A DNA stretch of 64,000 bases from an uncultured cyanobacterium (GTDB taxonomy: Bacteria > Cyanobacteriota > Cyanobacteriia > Cyanobacteriales > CAWUOF01), in assembly GCA_963744145.1 (NCBI GenBank), contig CAVUSO010000001.1, forward strand, positions 7,328,001 to 7,392,000, in the 5' to 3' direction. The stretch's first letter is position 1. The number at the start of each line of letters is the position of its first letter. Position numbers and translations under genes: made by a program. This document shows positions 19,782-31,100 of this stretch, piece by piece. A model generated the notes under the pieces. The model made no database searches and was not told the DNA's origin. It saw nothing but the letters and a program-made list of their open reading frames with translations.

Positions 19782-22700
19782 TTAGTTTAAATTCCCTTGA
19801 CAAGAGGATGGGTAGAGAAAGGAAGAAAGAGAATTTGCTTCAGATGTAACTAAAACAATTTCTCCTTTTTCATTAACTTTCCAACTATTTGCTTCCCTAA
19901 TTATTGGTAAGGTAGGAGTTATTAATTTAGCCGAAGAATGAGCAGAATTTCGTCCTAAAAATTGACTGGTGTAATCTGTCCGATCTTGCCAAATATCCTC
20001 ACTATTAAATGTTTGACTTGGCTCTTCTGATCTCCCACTCCGTCCACTTACCTTAAATGTATCTCCACTCCGTTTGGTACAACCGGCTACAATTTGATGA
20101 GCAGGATCAGTAAATTGTTGTGGTAAATTAATGAATGCAGCTACAGATTGGATATCAGGAGTATGGACAGAAACATTTCCAGACACTCCAAATTGGGAAG
20201 AAGCTGTAATCTGACTATCAGGGAAAGTAAACAATCCTTGAGTAGTAATAAAAATATTACCCCCCTCTCCTTTAACAGCATTAGCACTGATGATGCTAGT
20301 TTCCAAATTAGCTAAAGTATCTGTATTAATATTAATATTACCCCCATTCGCAATCCCTTGAGCTTGCACAGTAATTTGACTTTGATCGCGTAACAGTAGA
20401 CTGTGGGAATTAATGGTAACATTTCCCCGATCGCCCGAAATAGCTGAGACGGCAATTTGCCCATGATTATTCAGCAATACCGAATTAGCTTGAATATCCA
20501 CATTTCCAGCTTGAGAAACTCCCTGTCCGACCTGGGGAACATCAGCAATTTGGAAGTTACTTGCGTTAATTAAAGCACCATCACGAACAATTAACTGATT
20601 CGTTTTAATCGCAATATTACCCGCATCTCCGATCGCACTTGCAGCATTAGTAAATATGCCATTACTACTAATGCTATCAGTTCCAGCAAGTTCCACGCGA
20701 TCGCGAGCATTAACTGTGATATTGCCACCTTTTCCATTCCCAATACTCGAACTAGTTAGACGTACACCTACTCCCTGATCTAACAATAGCGTACCTGTAT
20801 TAATTACAATATTACCTGAATCTCCATAAAAACGAGTATTAGCAGTAATCCCGGCTGTCGTACTACCAAAAGTCCGACTACTAGCACCGATTAATTTAAT
20901 TTGATTAGCTGCATTAATAGTTAGTGTTCCTGTTTTACCTGTTCCTTGAGTATCGGTAGAAATATTTCCTTGCTGAATCAGTAAATTACCAGTATTAATA
21001 GTCAAATCTCCCCCATTACCACTGTCATTAATTCTTGCTACAATTCCGGAGGTACTGGTATTAATTAAGTTGATATCTTGGGCAGAATTTATCAATAAAC
21101 TACTCCCCATACTGTTAGGTTGGGAACTAAAGGTATTAACATTTATTTCTGCACCATTTTGCACTGTTAACGTTCTCGTATCAATTCTTAATAGTCCCCC
21201 GTTACCAGTAGCTCCTGGTCTAATTTGGGAAAATATCCCACTGCTGTCTATATTATTAGATGATACTCCTGATATCTGAATCTGATCAGCAATAATATTG
21301 AGATTACCAAGATTACCAGCACCATTGATATTACCAGCAATCCGAGCGCCATTGCTAATTAATAATTTATTAGTATTAACATTCAGATTTCCCGTGTTTC
21401 CTAGTCCAGAAGATAGGGTTAAAATCCCACTATTTACTTGTTGGTTAGGATTAAAATTGTTAGGATTTAGATTAGTAGCTTTAATCACTGATGGATTACC
21501 AGGATTAGCAACAGAAATTTGTAAAGTGTAAGTTTGTCCCGGTTGGGGAGCTTTCCCCTCTAAAGGTACATTATCTGAAAGAGTAGTATTATAAACACCA
21601 ACCGCAATCACATAAGTACCTGGTTGTTTGAGCGTAGTAGAAAGATAGGAATCGTTCCTAAATGTACTACCTCCAGCACCATTTGTGATCGGAGAATCAT
21701 CATTACTACCAAGTAATGCTCCCGTCTTGCGATCGAATAAGAATATCTGGGTATCAATATTACCTGGAGCTAGACGTACAGAAGTTTTTTCACCATAATC
21801 GATATCAAAAATAGCTTTTGAATTCGGTTGACTGGTCGCAAATTGATAGTAGTCATAAGAGGTAGTTGCTGGACCTAATGGTGTTCCCCCCTGAACTACT
21901 TGGGTTGGTGTTCCCCCTAGAACAATTTGAGTAGGTGTTCTCGAAACAGAGACATGGGGAATAGTCTGGGATGATTCTATATTTGGATTAGCTTGGGTAT
22001 TAAAATTACTGGGAACGAGCGTATAGCTGGTGACTTGATCAAAAGGATTATTAGTAAAGTTGTTACTAATCCCGTCTAATGATGCTGTATCTGTAACTTT
22101 TACATTAATATCTCCCCCATTACCTTTACTAGTGCTTGAAGTCAGAACTTGTCCTCCAGTTTGGAATTGTAAATTACCTGTATTGATCTGGATTAGTCCA
22201 CTCGGATTATTACTATTAGTTACTGTCGCGATAAAACCCCGATCCGATATATTTAAACTCCCCTGGGGATTATTAATTGTAATGTTCCCACTCGGACCAC
22301 TGGTTTCATTGAGGGAACGAGTTAAAATCCCACTAAAAAGTCCATCCGTTGTAAACCCAGAAATATCAATATTGTTCTGAGCATTAATTACAATATTTCC
22401 TGATGCTCTACTATCACTGGTGATCGTTTGAATTCGTGAACCATCTTGTAATTTTAAAGTACCCGTATTAATTTGAATCGGTTGGAAACTATTCCCAATT
22501 AAACTTTGTTGACTCAACCGAGTAGCTTGGGTAGTATTAATCGCGATCGCTCCTGATGTTCCTTGGATTTGACTAGCGGTTAAATCCAGATTATTACTAT
22601 TAAGATTAATTTCACCTCCTTGCAATTGAGCGGTTTGGAAACTAAGATCAGTTGCTAATAAAGATAAATTGCCAGAACTAGTTAAATTACTTCCTTGAAA

Positions 22701-23270
22701 TTGGATTGAATTACGGGGATTACTATATTGTAATCCGGCTGGTACATTAATAGTTAATAATGGTGGTGCTTGGGGATTAGTAGCACTAAAACTTTGATCA
22801 TTATTAAACAGAATACTATCTGATGTTACTAAATTAAGTGAACCTTTAAGATCTAGTTGAGCATGAGAACCAAAAATAATCCCATTCGGGTTAATCAAAA
22901 ACAGATTAGCATTTCCTAATACACCCAAAGTCCCGTTAATATTGGAAGAATTAACACCGGTAACCCGCGTGAATATATTAGATATTCCGACTGGATTATT
23001 AAAATATGCCGCACCTCCAGTTGGAACATTAAATTGTTGAAAACTATGAAATAAATTACTCCCTCTTGTAGTTCCACCTTGAATCAGCAATTTATTACCT
23101 TGGTTACCAACCTGAGAAGGATTCGGTAATGTTACATCAGGCACAATTTGGGCTTGGGAGATATTTGCCCAATTCACCAATATGATTAGATTCACTATAC
23201 TAAATTGACTTATTTGTTTACCAAATTTAGTCCCATTGGTATTAGTAATAAACTTTAGTAAGCTATTCAT
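19782..23270 (-). CDS. Filamentous haemagglutinin-like TpsA exoprotein with an inserted PPC-like domain
   Basis: TPS domain (NLFHSFQQF, INPNGIIFG), GNxGNxxI repeats, insert YDYYQF...DTQIFLFD...NDDS...GTYVIAV, C-terminal ITASSQFG domain. Confidence 0.92.
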   Translation of the reverse strand: MNSLLKFITNTNGTKFGKQISQFSIVNLIILVNWANISQAQIVPDVTLPNPSQVGNQGNKLLIQGGTTRGSNLFHSFQQFNVPTGGAAYFNNPVGISNIFTRVTGVNSSNINGTLGVLGNANLFLINPNGIIFGSHAQLDLKGSLNLVTSDSILFNNDQSFSATNPQAPPLLTINVPAGLQYSNPRNSIQFQGSNLTSSGNLSLLATDLSFQTAQLQGGEINLNSNNLDLTASQIQGTSGAIAINTTQATRLSQQSLIGNSFQPIQINTGTLKLQDGSRIQTITSDSRASGNIVINAQNNIDISGFTTDGLFSGILTRSLNETSGPSGNITINNPQGSLNISDRGFIATVTNSNNPSGLIQINTGNLQFQTGGQVLTSSTSKGNGGDINVKVTDTASLDGISNNFTNNPFDQVTSYTLVPSNFNTQANPNIESSQTIPHVSVSRTPTQIVLGGTPTQVVQGGTPLGPATTSYDYYQFATSQPNSKAIFDIDYGEKTSVRLAPGNIDTQIFLFDRKTGALLGSNDDSPITNGAGGSTFRNDSYLSTTLKQPGTYVIAVGVYNTTLSDNVPLEGKAPQPGQTYTLQISVANPGNPSVIKATNLNPNNFNPNQQVNSGILTLSSGLGNTGNLNVNTNKLLISNGARIAGNINGAGNLGNLNIIADQIQISGVSSNNIDSSGIFSQIRPGATGNGGLLRIDTRTLTVQNGAEINVNTFSSQPNSMGSSLLINSAQDINLINTSTSGIVARINDSGNGGDLTINTGNLLIQQGNISTDTQGTGKTGTLTINAANQIKLIGASSRTFGSTTAGITANTRFYGDSGNIVINTGTLLLDQGVGVRLTSSSIGNGKGGNITVNARDRVELAGTDSISSNGIFTNAASAIGDAGNIAIKTNQLIVRDGALINASNFQIADVPQVGQGVSQAGNVDIQANSVLLNNHGQIAVSAISGDRGNVTINSHSLLLRDQSQITVQAQGIANGGNININTDTLANLETSIISANAVKGEGGNIFITTQGLFTFPDSQITASSQFGVSGNVSVHTPDIQSVAAFINLPQQFTDPAHQIVAGCTKRSGDTFKVSGRSGRSEEPSQTFNSEDIWQDRTDYTSQFLGRNSAHSSAKLITPTLPIIREANSWKVNEKGEIVLVTSEANSLSSFLYPSSCQGNLN

Positions 23271-23381
23271 AAGTCCAATATATAACCTGGTTAATAATAT
23301 TAATATTATTAATCTAATAAAGTTAAATTAAAATTAAAATTTGTTTAAACAACTAGGAACACAGCGATCGCCTTTCCCCCA

Positions 23382-23633
23382 TCAAGTCTTGAGCATAATT
23401 TTTAGCAAGGACCAAACCAAAAATAAAAAAGAAAGAAAACTAACTACAATAGCCAACCAATTAACCCCTAACCAAAATGAGTTATAATCTAATTTCTGAA
23501 AAGAACACCAAGAACACCAAATCGCACTACAGACAAGAATCACAAATAGACAGGACAAAAAAATAAACAAAGAAGCAAAACCCATCAGTGTCAGTTTGGT
23601 CACTATGTTAGTTGCTAGAAGATAAATTATCAT
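23382..23633 (-). CDS. Small hydrophobic membrane protein, hypothetical
   Basis: 83 aa with two hydrophobic segments; ATG start. Confidence 0.45.
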   Translation of the reverse strand: MIIYLLATNIVTKLTLMGFASLFIFLSCLFVILVCSAIWCSWCSFQKLDYNSFWLGVNWLAIVVSFLSFLFLVWSLLKIMLKT

Positions 23634-23898
23634 AATTGTCCCACCCGATCATCTAGGTGACTTCTTGACTTATTTCTATATGCTAACTGAATTAATAATT
23701 GAATAATTTAAGTAGAAGTTATCAGAATTAAGTAGTACCTTGTGGATCGGGATCAACTTAAAACATCAAGATTTTAACTGTTCTTAATCAATTTAATATG
23801 AGCTTAATTTTTAGACTACTGATTAGTGATTGTGGGTAAAAGCCTCCGATCGCCATGTTCAATTAAGAATTAGTTAAGGCTCATCATTAGTTTCTTTG

Positions 23899-24264
23899 TC
23901 AATTGCGTAATAATTGTTGCACAGTTCCAATTAATTCGTGAGGTTCAAAGGGTTTAGTAATATAAGCATCTGCACCTTGCTTCATTCCCCAGTAGCGATC
24001 GAATTCTTCCGTTTTAATGGAACACATGATCACAGCAACATTCTTAGTTTTTGAGTTGGATTTGAGACGACGACAGACTTCATAACCATTCATGCGAGGC
24101 ATAATGATGTCTAAGATCACCAAAACTGGACATTGCTCCTGAATTCGCTCTAATGCTTCAATTCCATCTGTAGCACTCATGACCTTTAATCCACTCTTTT
24201 GCAGGATTTCGGCCATCATCTCCCTTTGGCTCTTACTGTCTTCCACTACCATTACTAAACTCAT
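23899..24264 (-). CDS. CheY/PilH-like single-domain response regulator
   Basis: VVEDS, LDIIMPRMNGYEVCR, DRYWGMKQGADAYITKPF. Confidence 0.92.
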   Translation of the reverse strand: MSLVMVVEDSKSQREMMAEILQKSGLKVMSATDGIEALERIQEQCPVLVILDIIMPRMNGYEVCRRLKSNSKTKNVAVIMCSIKTEEFDRYWGMKQGADAYITKPFEPHELIGTVQQLLRN

Positions 24265-24456
24265 AATGCCCTTACCTGCTAGCTAGTTAATCCCACGCCA
24301 CAGTAGTGTATCCTGAGATTGATCACAGTTGTTTTTTAGCAACTTACCCATTGATGGTGATTTTCTGATCACTATTTTACTAATCTAAGAATAATTTTTG
24401 TGATTAAGTCCAATACACTTTAATATGATACTCATTTTTAGGGATGAGGGGATCAG

Positions 24457-25182
24457 CTATATTTGGTTTTCCTGACCTTGGGTATTGATGGCCAAAATTG
24501 CGATCGCGATCGCTGGTAAAAAAATTGACCAAAAATTGATGATCCGCATCAAAAACGCCCCAAGGGCTGCACCACAAATAAAACTGAGTAAAGTAATCCC
24601 AAATTTCAGTGCCCGTTGACGTAATTCCTGTTTTTTGGTAGGATCATGAGCTAGGTGGGGATCGATGGGGATCAGGTATAAGTTAACTAGATCAATGGTA
24701 AGCTGTGTTAAGTTACCAGTCATCACGGTAGTGGGTAACAGGGTGCCCAAGGCTGCACGCATGAAGCCATTTTGGATGCCCATCGCAAAAACCCCAGTTG
24801 AGCCAATAATAAAAACGATCATATCATTTGACGGATCAGTGAGGTGAGAGCCTAAGGTAATCCCCACCCAGCCGAAAATCCCTAACAGGACAGCTTCAAA
24901 CCATAAAAAAATTGACAAATGTGCGGAACGGGTATAAGTAATTACAGTGATCAAGGCGATCGCCCCAATAAAAACCGGAATCACAGCTAAACGCACCCAA
25001 ACCATATTTCCGCTAATTCCGGCTAGTTGAGCGCCTGCTACTACTAAGTTTCCTGTGACATGAGCAGTAAATAAACCATTTAGCCCGAAAAATCCAGCCG
25101 TATCTATATATCCAGCTACCCAGCTCAGAACTCCTGTTAGCAAAAGATGATAGTTTTTTTGGGTGATATTGTGGCTAACCAT
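24457..25182 (-). CDS. YoaK/DUF1275 family membrane protein
   Basis: AGYIDTAGF, FTAHVTGN, AMGIQN, TTVMTGNLT; ATG at 25182 preferred. Confidence 0.88.
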   Translation of the reverse strand: MVSHNITQKNYHLLLTGVLSWVAGYIDTAGFFGLNGLFTAHVTGNLVVAGAQLAGISGNMVWVRLAVIPVFIGAIALITVITYTRSAHLSIFLWFEAVLLGIFGWVGITLGSHLTDPSNDMIVFIIGSTGVFAMGIQNGFMRAALGTLLPTTVMTGNLTQLTIDLVNLYLIPIDPHLAHDPTKKQELRQRALKFGITLLSFICGAALGAFLMRIINFWSIFLPAIAIAILAINTQGQENQI

Positions 25183-25394
25183 TGTGGTAATTTTTTTTCT
25201 GATCGTTCTTTCTAATCCTCGAATCCCACTATACCTTACCCGTTTGATTACCAAAATTTTATTTTAAATCATGAAATAATTGTGCAATTTTGGAAAAATT
25301 ATTAGAAAATCAAAAGAATAGATAGCTAAAGCTAATATTTTTTAATTTGAGCAACAATATTTGCTTTTATTTATGATAGAGGGATGATTCATAG

Positions 25395-26153
25395 ATGAGT
25401 AAACTGAGAGCTTTAATTTTTGATGTTGATGGCACCATTGCTGATACGGAACGGGATGGACACCGTTTAGCATTTAATCGAGCTTTTGCTAATTGGGGAC
25501 TGGATTGGGAGTGGTCAGTGGAATTATATAAGGAATTAATCGCGATCGGGGGAGGTAAAGAAAGAATTTTATTTTACCAAAACCACTACCAACCGGAGTT
25601 TGTGCCCCCCATACCCCTTGATCGCTGGTTAGTGGAGTTGCATATCACAAAATCTGAATATTATCAACAATTACTGGCTAGTGGTGCAATTCCCCTCCGA
25701 ATAGGAGTAAAACGATTATTATCAGAAGCGAGGGAACAAGGGATTAGGCTCGCGATCGCCTCAACTTCGGCGCTACCGAATGTAACCAACCTCTTAACCT
25801 ATACACTAGGGTCTGAAAGTATCGATTGGTTTGAAATCATCGCTGCGGGGGATATTGTTTCAGCCAAAAAACCAGCTCCAGATATTTATCATTATGTCCT
25901 GCAAAATTTGGAGTTAAGCCCATCAGAGTGTGTAGTGTTGGAAGACTCACCACAAGGATTACAAGCCGCTTTAGCCGCCAATTTAACTACAATTATCACG
26001 GTTAATGATTATACCAAAAATGAAGATTTTGCTGGAGCCAAATTAGTATTAAATCACTTAGGCGAACCAGATCATCCTTTTGGGGCGATCGCGGGTAATG
26101 TGGGTGATGCGAGTTATTTAGATTTAAGCTTAATCCGGAGTTTAATTGCCTGA
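25395..26153 (+). CDS. CbbY-like HAD-family hydrolase
   Basis: FDVDGTIADTERDGHRLAFN, KKPAPDIY, EDS motifs. Confidence 0.9.
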   Translation: MSKLRALIFDVDGTIADTERDGHRLAFNRAFANWGLDWEWSVELYKELIAIGGGKERILFYQNHYQPEFVPPIPLDRWLVELHITKSEYYQQLLASGAIPLRIGVKRLLSEAREQGIRLAIASTSALPNVTNLLTYTLGSESIDWFEIIAAGDIVSAKKPAPDIYHYVLQNLELSPSECVVLEDSPQGLQAALAANLTTIITVNDYTKNEDFAGAKLVLNHLGEPDHPFGAIAGNVGDASYLDLSLIRSLIA

Positions 26154-26275
26154 ATTTGGGCCAGTGGAAAGCTGGAAAAATATCAAATCAAATCAGCTTA
26201 AGATCAGCTATAATTATTAAGTTATTTGAAAAACTTTGTAATTCACAGCAAAAGTCTGTTACTTTTATACCCCTT

Positions 26276-28066
26276 ATGTCTCTCCCCATCCGCAACGTCG
26301 CTATCATTGCCCACGTCGATCACGGCAAAACCACTCTTGTTGACGCTCTGCTCAAACAATCCGGTATCTTCCGTGAAGGGGAAGACATACCAGATTGCGT
26401 CATGGACTCAAACGCCATTGAGCGGGAACGGGGTATTACCATACTTTCTAAAAATACCGCCGTTACTTATAAAGATACGTTAATTAACATCGTCGATACC
26501 CCTGGACACGCAGACTTTGGTGGTGAAGTCGAGCGGGTGTTGGGAATGGTAGATGGTTGTCTGTTGATCGTCGATGCTAATGAAGGTCCCATGCCCCAAA
26601 CCCGATTCGTGCTAAAAAAAGCACTGGAAAAGGGTTTGCGTCCCATCGTATTTGTGAATAAAATCGATCGTGGACAAGCCAATCCCCTCACTGCGGTTGA
26701 TAAAGTTTTGGATCTATTCATCGAATTAGGAGCAGATGACGATCAGTGTGATTTTCCCTATTTGTTCGGTTCTGGGTTAGGTGGTTATGCTAAAACCGAT
26801 CTAGCAGCCGAAGGGGTAGATATGCAGCCCTTATTTGAAGCGATCCTCGATCATGTACCACCTCCAGTGGGAGATCCCAATAAACCGCTGCAATTGCAAG
26901 TCACCACTTTGGATTATTCCGAATATGTAGGACGGATTGTGATTGGTCGGATTCACAATGGGGTGATTAAAGCTGGTCAACAAGCTGCTTTAGTCGTGGA
27001 AAATGGCACGATCATCAAAGCCAAAATTACGAAATTAATGGGCTTTGAAGGGCTGAAGCGGATTGATATCCCCGAATCTTCTGCTGGTAATATTGTCGCC
27101 GTGGCTGGTTTTGCTAGTGCTAATATTGGTGAAACAATTACTTGTCCTAATGAACCTCAAGCTTTACCACTAATTAAGGTAGATGAACCGACCTTGCAAA
27201 TGACATTTTCTGTCAATGATTCACCATTTGCAGGTCAAGAAGGTAAATTTGTCACTTCCCGTCAATTGCGCGATCGCTTATTACGGGAATTAGAAACAAA
27301 TGTAGCATTACGGGTGGAAGAAACTAGCTCTCCGGATAAATTTCTAGTTTCTGGTCGTGGGGAATTGCACCTAGGTATTCTAATTGAAACCATGCGTCGG
27401 GAAGGTTACGAATTCCAAGTTTCCCAACCCCAAGTAATTTATCGCGAAGTCACTGGTCAACCCTGTGAACCGTTTGAATGTCTAGTCTTAGATGTACCCG
27501 AAGAAGCTGTGGGTAGTTGTATTGAACGTCTCGGACAACGCAAAGCAGAAATGCAAGATATGCGGGTCGGTACTACTGGTCGTACTCAACTGGAATTTTC
27601 CATTCCAGCTCGCGGATTAATTGGTTTCCGAGGTGAGTTCATGCGAATGACTCGCGGTGAGGGAATTATGAATCATAGTTTCCTCGATTATCGTCCAATT
27701 ATTGGCGAAATTGAATCGCGACGCAATGGAGTTTTGATTTCCTTTGAAGAAGGTGTAGCTACTTTCTACGCAATGAAAAATGCTGAAGATCGTGGTGTAT
27801 TTTTTATTACTCCGGGCACCAAAGTTTATCGGGGGATGATTGTAGGTGAACACAATCGTTCTCAAGATTTAGAGTTAAATGTTTGCAAAGCCAAGCAATT
27901 AACTAACCATCGTGCTTCAGGTGGTGATGAATTAGTGCAATTGCAAGCTCCTGTAGATATGACTTTAGAACGTTCTTTGGAATATATTGGTTCCGATGAA
28001 TTGGTAGAAGTAACACCAATATCGATTCGCTTGCGGAAATTGTCGAAGAAATTGGTGAAACGTTAA
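26276..28066 (+). CDS. typA: Translational GTPase TypA/BipA
   Basis: [43 protein letters not shown] at 26276. Confidence 0.97.
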   Translation: MSLPIRNVAIIAHVDHGKTTLVDALLKQSGIFREGEDIPDCVMDSNAIERERGITILSKNTAVTYKDTLINIVDTPGHADFGGEVERVLGMVDGCLLIVDANEGPMPQTRFVLKKALEKGLRPIVFVNKIDRGQANPLTAVDKVLDLFIELGADDDQCDFPYLFGSGLGGYAKTDLAAEGVDMQPLFEAILDHVPPPVGDPNKPLQLQVTTLDYSEYVGRIVIGRIHNGVIKAGQQAALVVENGTIIKAKITKLMGFEGLKRIDIPESSAGNIVAVAGFASANIGETITCPNEPQALPLIKVDEPTLQMTFSVNDSPFAGQEGKFVTSRQLRDRLLRELETNVALRVEETSSPDKFLVSGRGELHLGILIETMRREGYEFQVSQPQVIYREVTGQPCEPFECLVLDVPEEAVGSCIERLGQRKAEMQDMRVGTTGRTQLEFSIPARGLIGFRGEFMRMTRGEGIMNHSFLDYRPIIGEIESRRNGVLISFEEGVATFYAMKNAEDRGVFFITPGTKVYRGMIVGEHNRSQDLELNVCKAKQLTNHRASGGDELVQLQAPVDMTLERSLEYIGSDELVEVTPISIRLRKLSKKLVKR

Positions 28067-28076
28067 TTTTGTTGGA

Positions 28077-28141
28077 GGGTGGGTAATGCTCACCCTAAAT
28101 CCAGTAGGGGCGGTAGGGGCGCAAGAGCAATACGCCCCTAC
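28077..28141. repeat. REP-like hairpins after typA
   Basis: AGGGTGGGTAATGCTCACCCT and GTAGGGGCG...CGCCCCTAC. Confidence 0.65.
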
Positions 28142-28171
28142 CAATTTTCTTGTTGGTAGGACAAAGATTAG

Positions 28172-31100
28172 ATGTGGCAGATTAATTCATCCGATATTTT
28201 TGATCTTAGAACACCCGGAGGCGATCGCTTTACTGAGTTTGTTGATGCCTTAATTAGAGCAGAAGCATACATAATGAGTGTACCCCAAGCTGAAATCGCG
28301 ACCAACCTACGGACAAATCTTGGGGATGGAGGTGTCGATACGGAAGTACGTCAAGCAATCCCTCATAGTAAAACAGGTTGGAATAGCGTCCCGACTTGTT
28401 GGCAGTATAAAGCTACTCAATTTGCCGGAATTAAACTATCAGATTTAAAAAAAGAAATCAAGAAATCCTATTCACAAGAGCTGATTAAAAAAGGTTTTGG
28501 TTATCGTTTTTGTATTGCTGACGACTTAACACCACAAAAGAAAAGAGATTGGGAAAACAGTTTAAATAATGAAGTAAAAAAGCTGAATACTTCAGCACCA
28601 GATGCTAGAGTTGTTACTGCATCTGATCTAGCTGTATGGGCAAACGAATTTCCAGCCATAGTTGTTCGATTTTTCAAAACCGCACTGAAAAAGTGCATAA
28701 CCCTAAGAGATTGGGGAAAAGAGATTTTAGCACTGACTCCAAAAAGTGTTGAAATAAAAGAATGGGCTTTGGTTAAGCAGCAACTCATAGATCATGCTAG
28801 TTTTGGCAGTCACAGTAATTCAGTTATTCAACTCATTCAAGGGGAATCCGGTGTCGGCAAAACTAGACTGGTTTACGAATCATTATCGGGTCTAGAATGC
28901 GCTCAGTCCTTAGTGCTTTATACAGTAGATGATGCTGCATTAGAGATTATCCATTCCTTGATTCGTGATCAATCAGCTAAAGTTATATTAGTAGCAGATG
29001 AATGCTTGCCTGAAACCCAATTACAACTTAAGCGTCATCTTAATAGAATTAGAGATCGGGTACGAGTTATTTGTATCGACAATTCTGGAGATGATGATTT
29101 ATCCAAAGAATCTTGGCTGACTCGGATGTCGAAAGCCGATGTTGATCAGATTTGTAAGCAAAATTTTCCAGAAATTCATCCAAAGCGTCGCCGGATCTAT
29201 GTAAATCTATCAGGTGGATTTGTCAAGCTTGCAGCCGATCTCTGTAATCAAGATTCTCAGATTGTCGAGCAGGGAAACCTAGACTCAATCGCGAGAGATC
29301 TCAGAAACTACTTGAAAATTCGCTTAAATAATGATAGTGAAAAATTACGGGTAATGGAAGCGATCGCCCTGTTCTCAAAAGTAGGATACCGGGAAGATGT
29401 TGAAGAAGAATTTAACAGCTTATGTGAACTATTAAAGTTAGAACGAAATGATACTTTAGAAAAAGCTTGGCAATTAAAAAAAGTCCCTGGGTTCATTTCT
29501 TTTGCTGGTCGATTCATTTATATCACCCCTGAAATTATTGCTGAGATCGCTTTTGAAGGTGCATGGGAAAGATGGGTTGCTTACAATCCGTCTGAATTTC
29601 TCTCCAAAATTCCCCTGGAACTTCTTGAATCTTTTCTCAAGCGTGTATCTCGAAGTGGTTCTCAGGAGGTACGCCGGATTGTCGGAGACTTTTTTCGATC
29701 TTGGTCTGCCGAAATTCAACCGATTGATTTAATGGATAATAATCAAGTAAATCGGCTCCTAATTTTAGTAGAGATTAATCCCAACGATTATCTATATAGA
29801 CTTGTCCATCTAATTGCTCAAGTTTCCTTAGAAGAACTTTTAGAAATATCTATAAAATCCGAAGACATCAAACGTTCATTAGTTTGGATAGCCGAACGAA
29901 TGGCTAATTTTTATGAGTTCTTTTTAGATTCAGAATCAATTTTATGGAAACTAGCAATTGTTGAAATAGAGTCTAATATAGGTAATAGCGCTATCCGCAC
30001 CTGGCAGCAATTTTTCCAGAATCTTAAATTCAAGAACAACGACACCTTTTACAGAAAGAATAGCTTTATTGGAACGCCGATTATTTAATGAAGATAAAAG
30101 ACAGAGAACTCTAGCTCTCAAAGGGTTGGGCAAAATTTTTGAGATAGATGAATGGCAGGTTGTCGGTTCACTGGTATTTGCTGGTAAAATTTCCCCTAAG
30201 GAATGGGAACCTGCGAATCAGTTAGAGTTTAGCCAATGTATGGAATTAGCAGTTGAGCTTTTGTCTAAAGCAGGAAATAGCTCACTACCCGATCTTCGCA
30301 ATGAGATTCTAAATATTGCTATCGAAAATATCCACTTTTTCTTAGCTAATGGCTATTTAGAGTCGATGAAAGCACTTTTTCCAATCGATAATATTCCAAC
30401 CGATGTTCTGTTCTCATTAATTAGGAAAGTGGAAGATTTCATTAAATATGATGCTCAGGCTTTCCCAGAAGTGAAGGAATGGTTACAAAACCTCATTCCT
30501 AATAATTTTCATGGTAAATTGATAGAAATTGTGGGTAAATCGCTCTGGCACTATACAGATCAAAACCAACAAGCAAATTGGCGTCAAGAGATTGAACATA
30601 TTGCCAGAGAACTTTGCGATCGCCAAGAACTGCTGCAATCCGAAATCGAGTGGCTTTGTTCACCCCAAGCAATGAGTGTATGGGCATTAGGTTATGCCAT
30701 GGGAACCTACGATGTGAATGCAAATTGTTTAGAAATTATTATGCACTCAGTAGCAGAGACACATAATACTGGTCTAGCAAGAGAATATTTAAGAAGTTTA
30801 GTGGTCAACTATCCTCAACATATTGATGTTGTCAATAGATGGATCGATAAATTTGAAATTCAGGCTCCCGCAGTTGCTTATGACTTGTTGATCGGTGGTG
30901 GTGATGCTACCAGAGCTGTACAGAGAGCATTAAACCTGATTGACCAGGGAACTCTCTCCTTAGAATATCTTAATAGTTTTGTTATTGGTATTTCTCAAAG
31001 AGCCTTATCTATAGAAGAATTTTATGAAATTTTCCAAAGGTTGATTAACTCCCTAGAAACAGAAAAAGATATTTCCATAATTAAGATTGCTCTAAAATTA

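Noticed and set aside
15341..22380. Several plus-strand ORFs of 60-106 aa
   Set aside because: Antisense shadows of the Gly/Asn-rich TpsA genes and the transposase.
14839..23270. Contact-dependent inhibition (CdiA/CdiI) locus
   Set aside because: No VENN-type motif, toxin C-terminus or small immunity gene; C-termini are conserved rather than polymorphic; no TpsB in the window.
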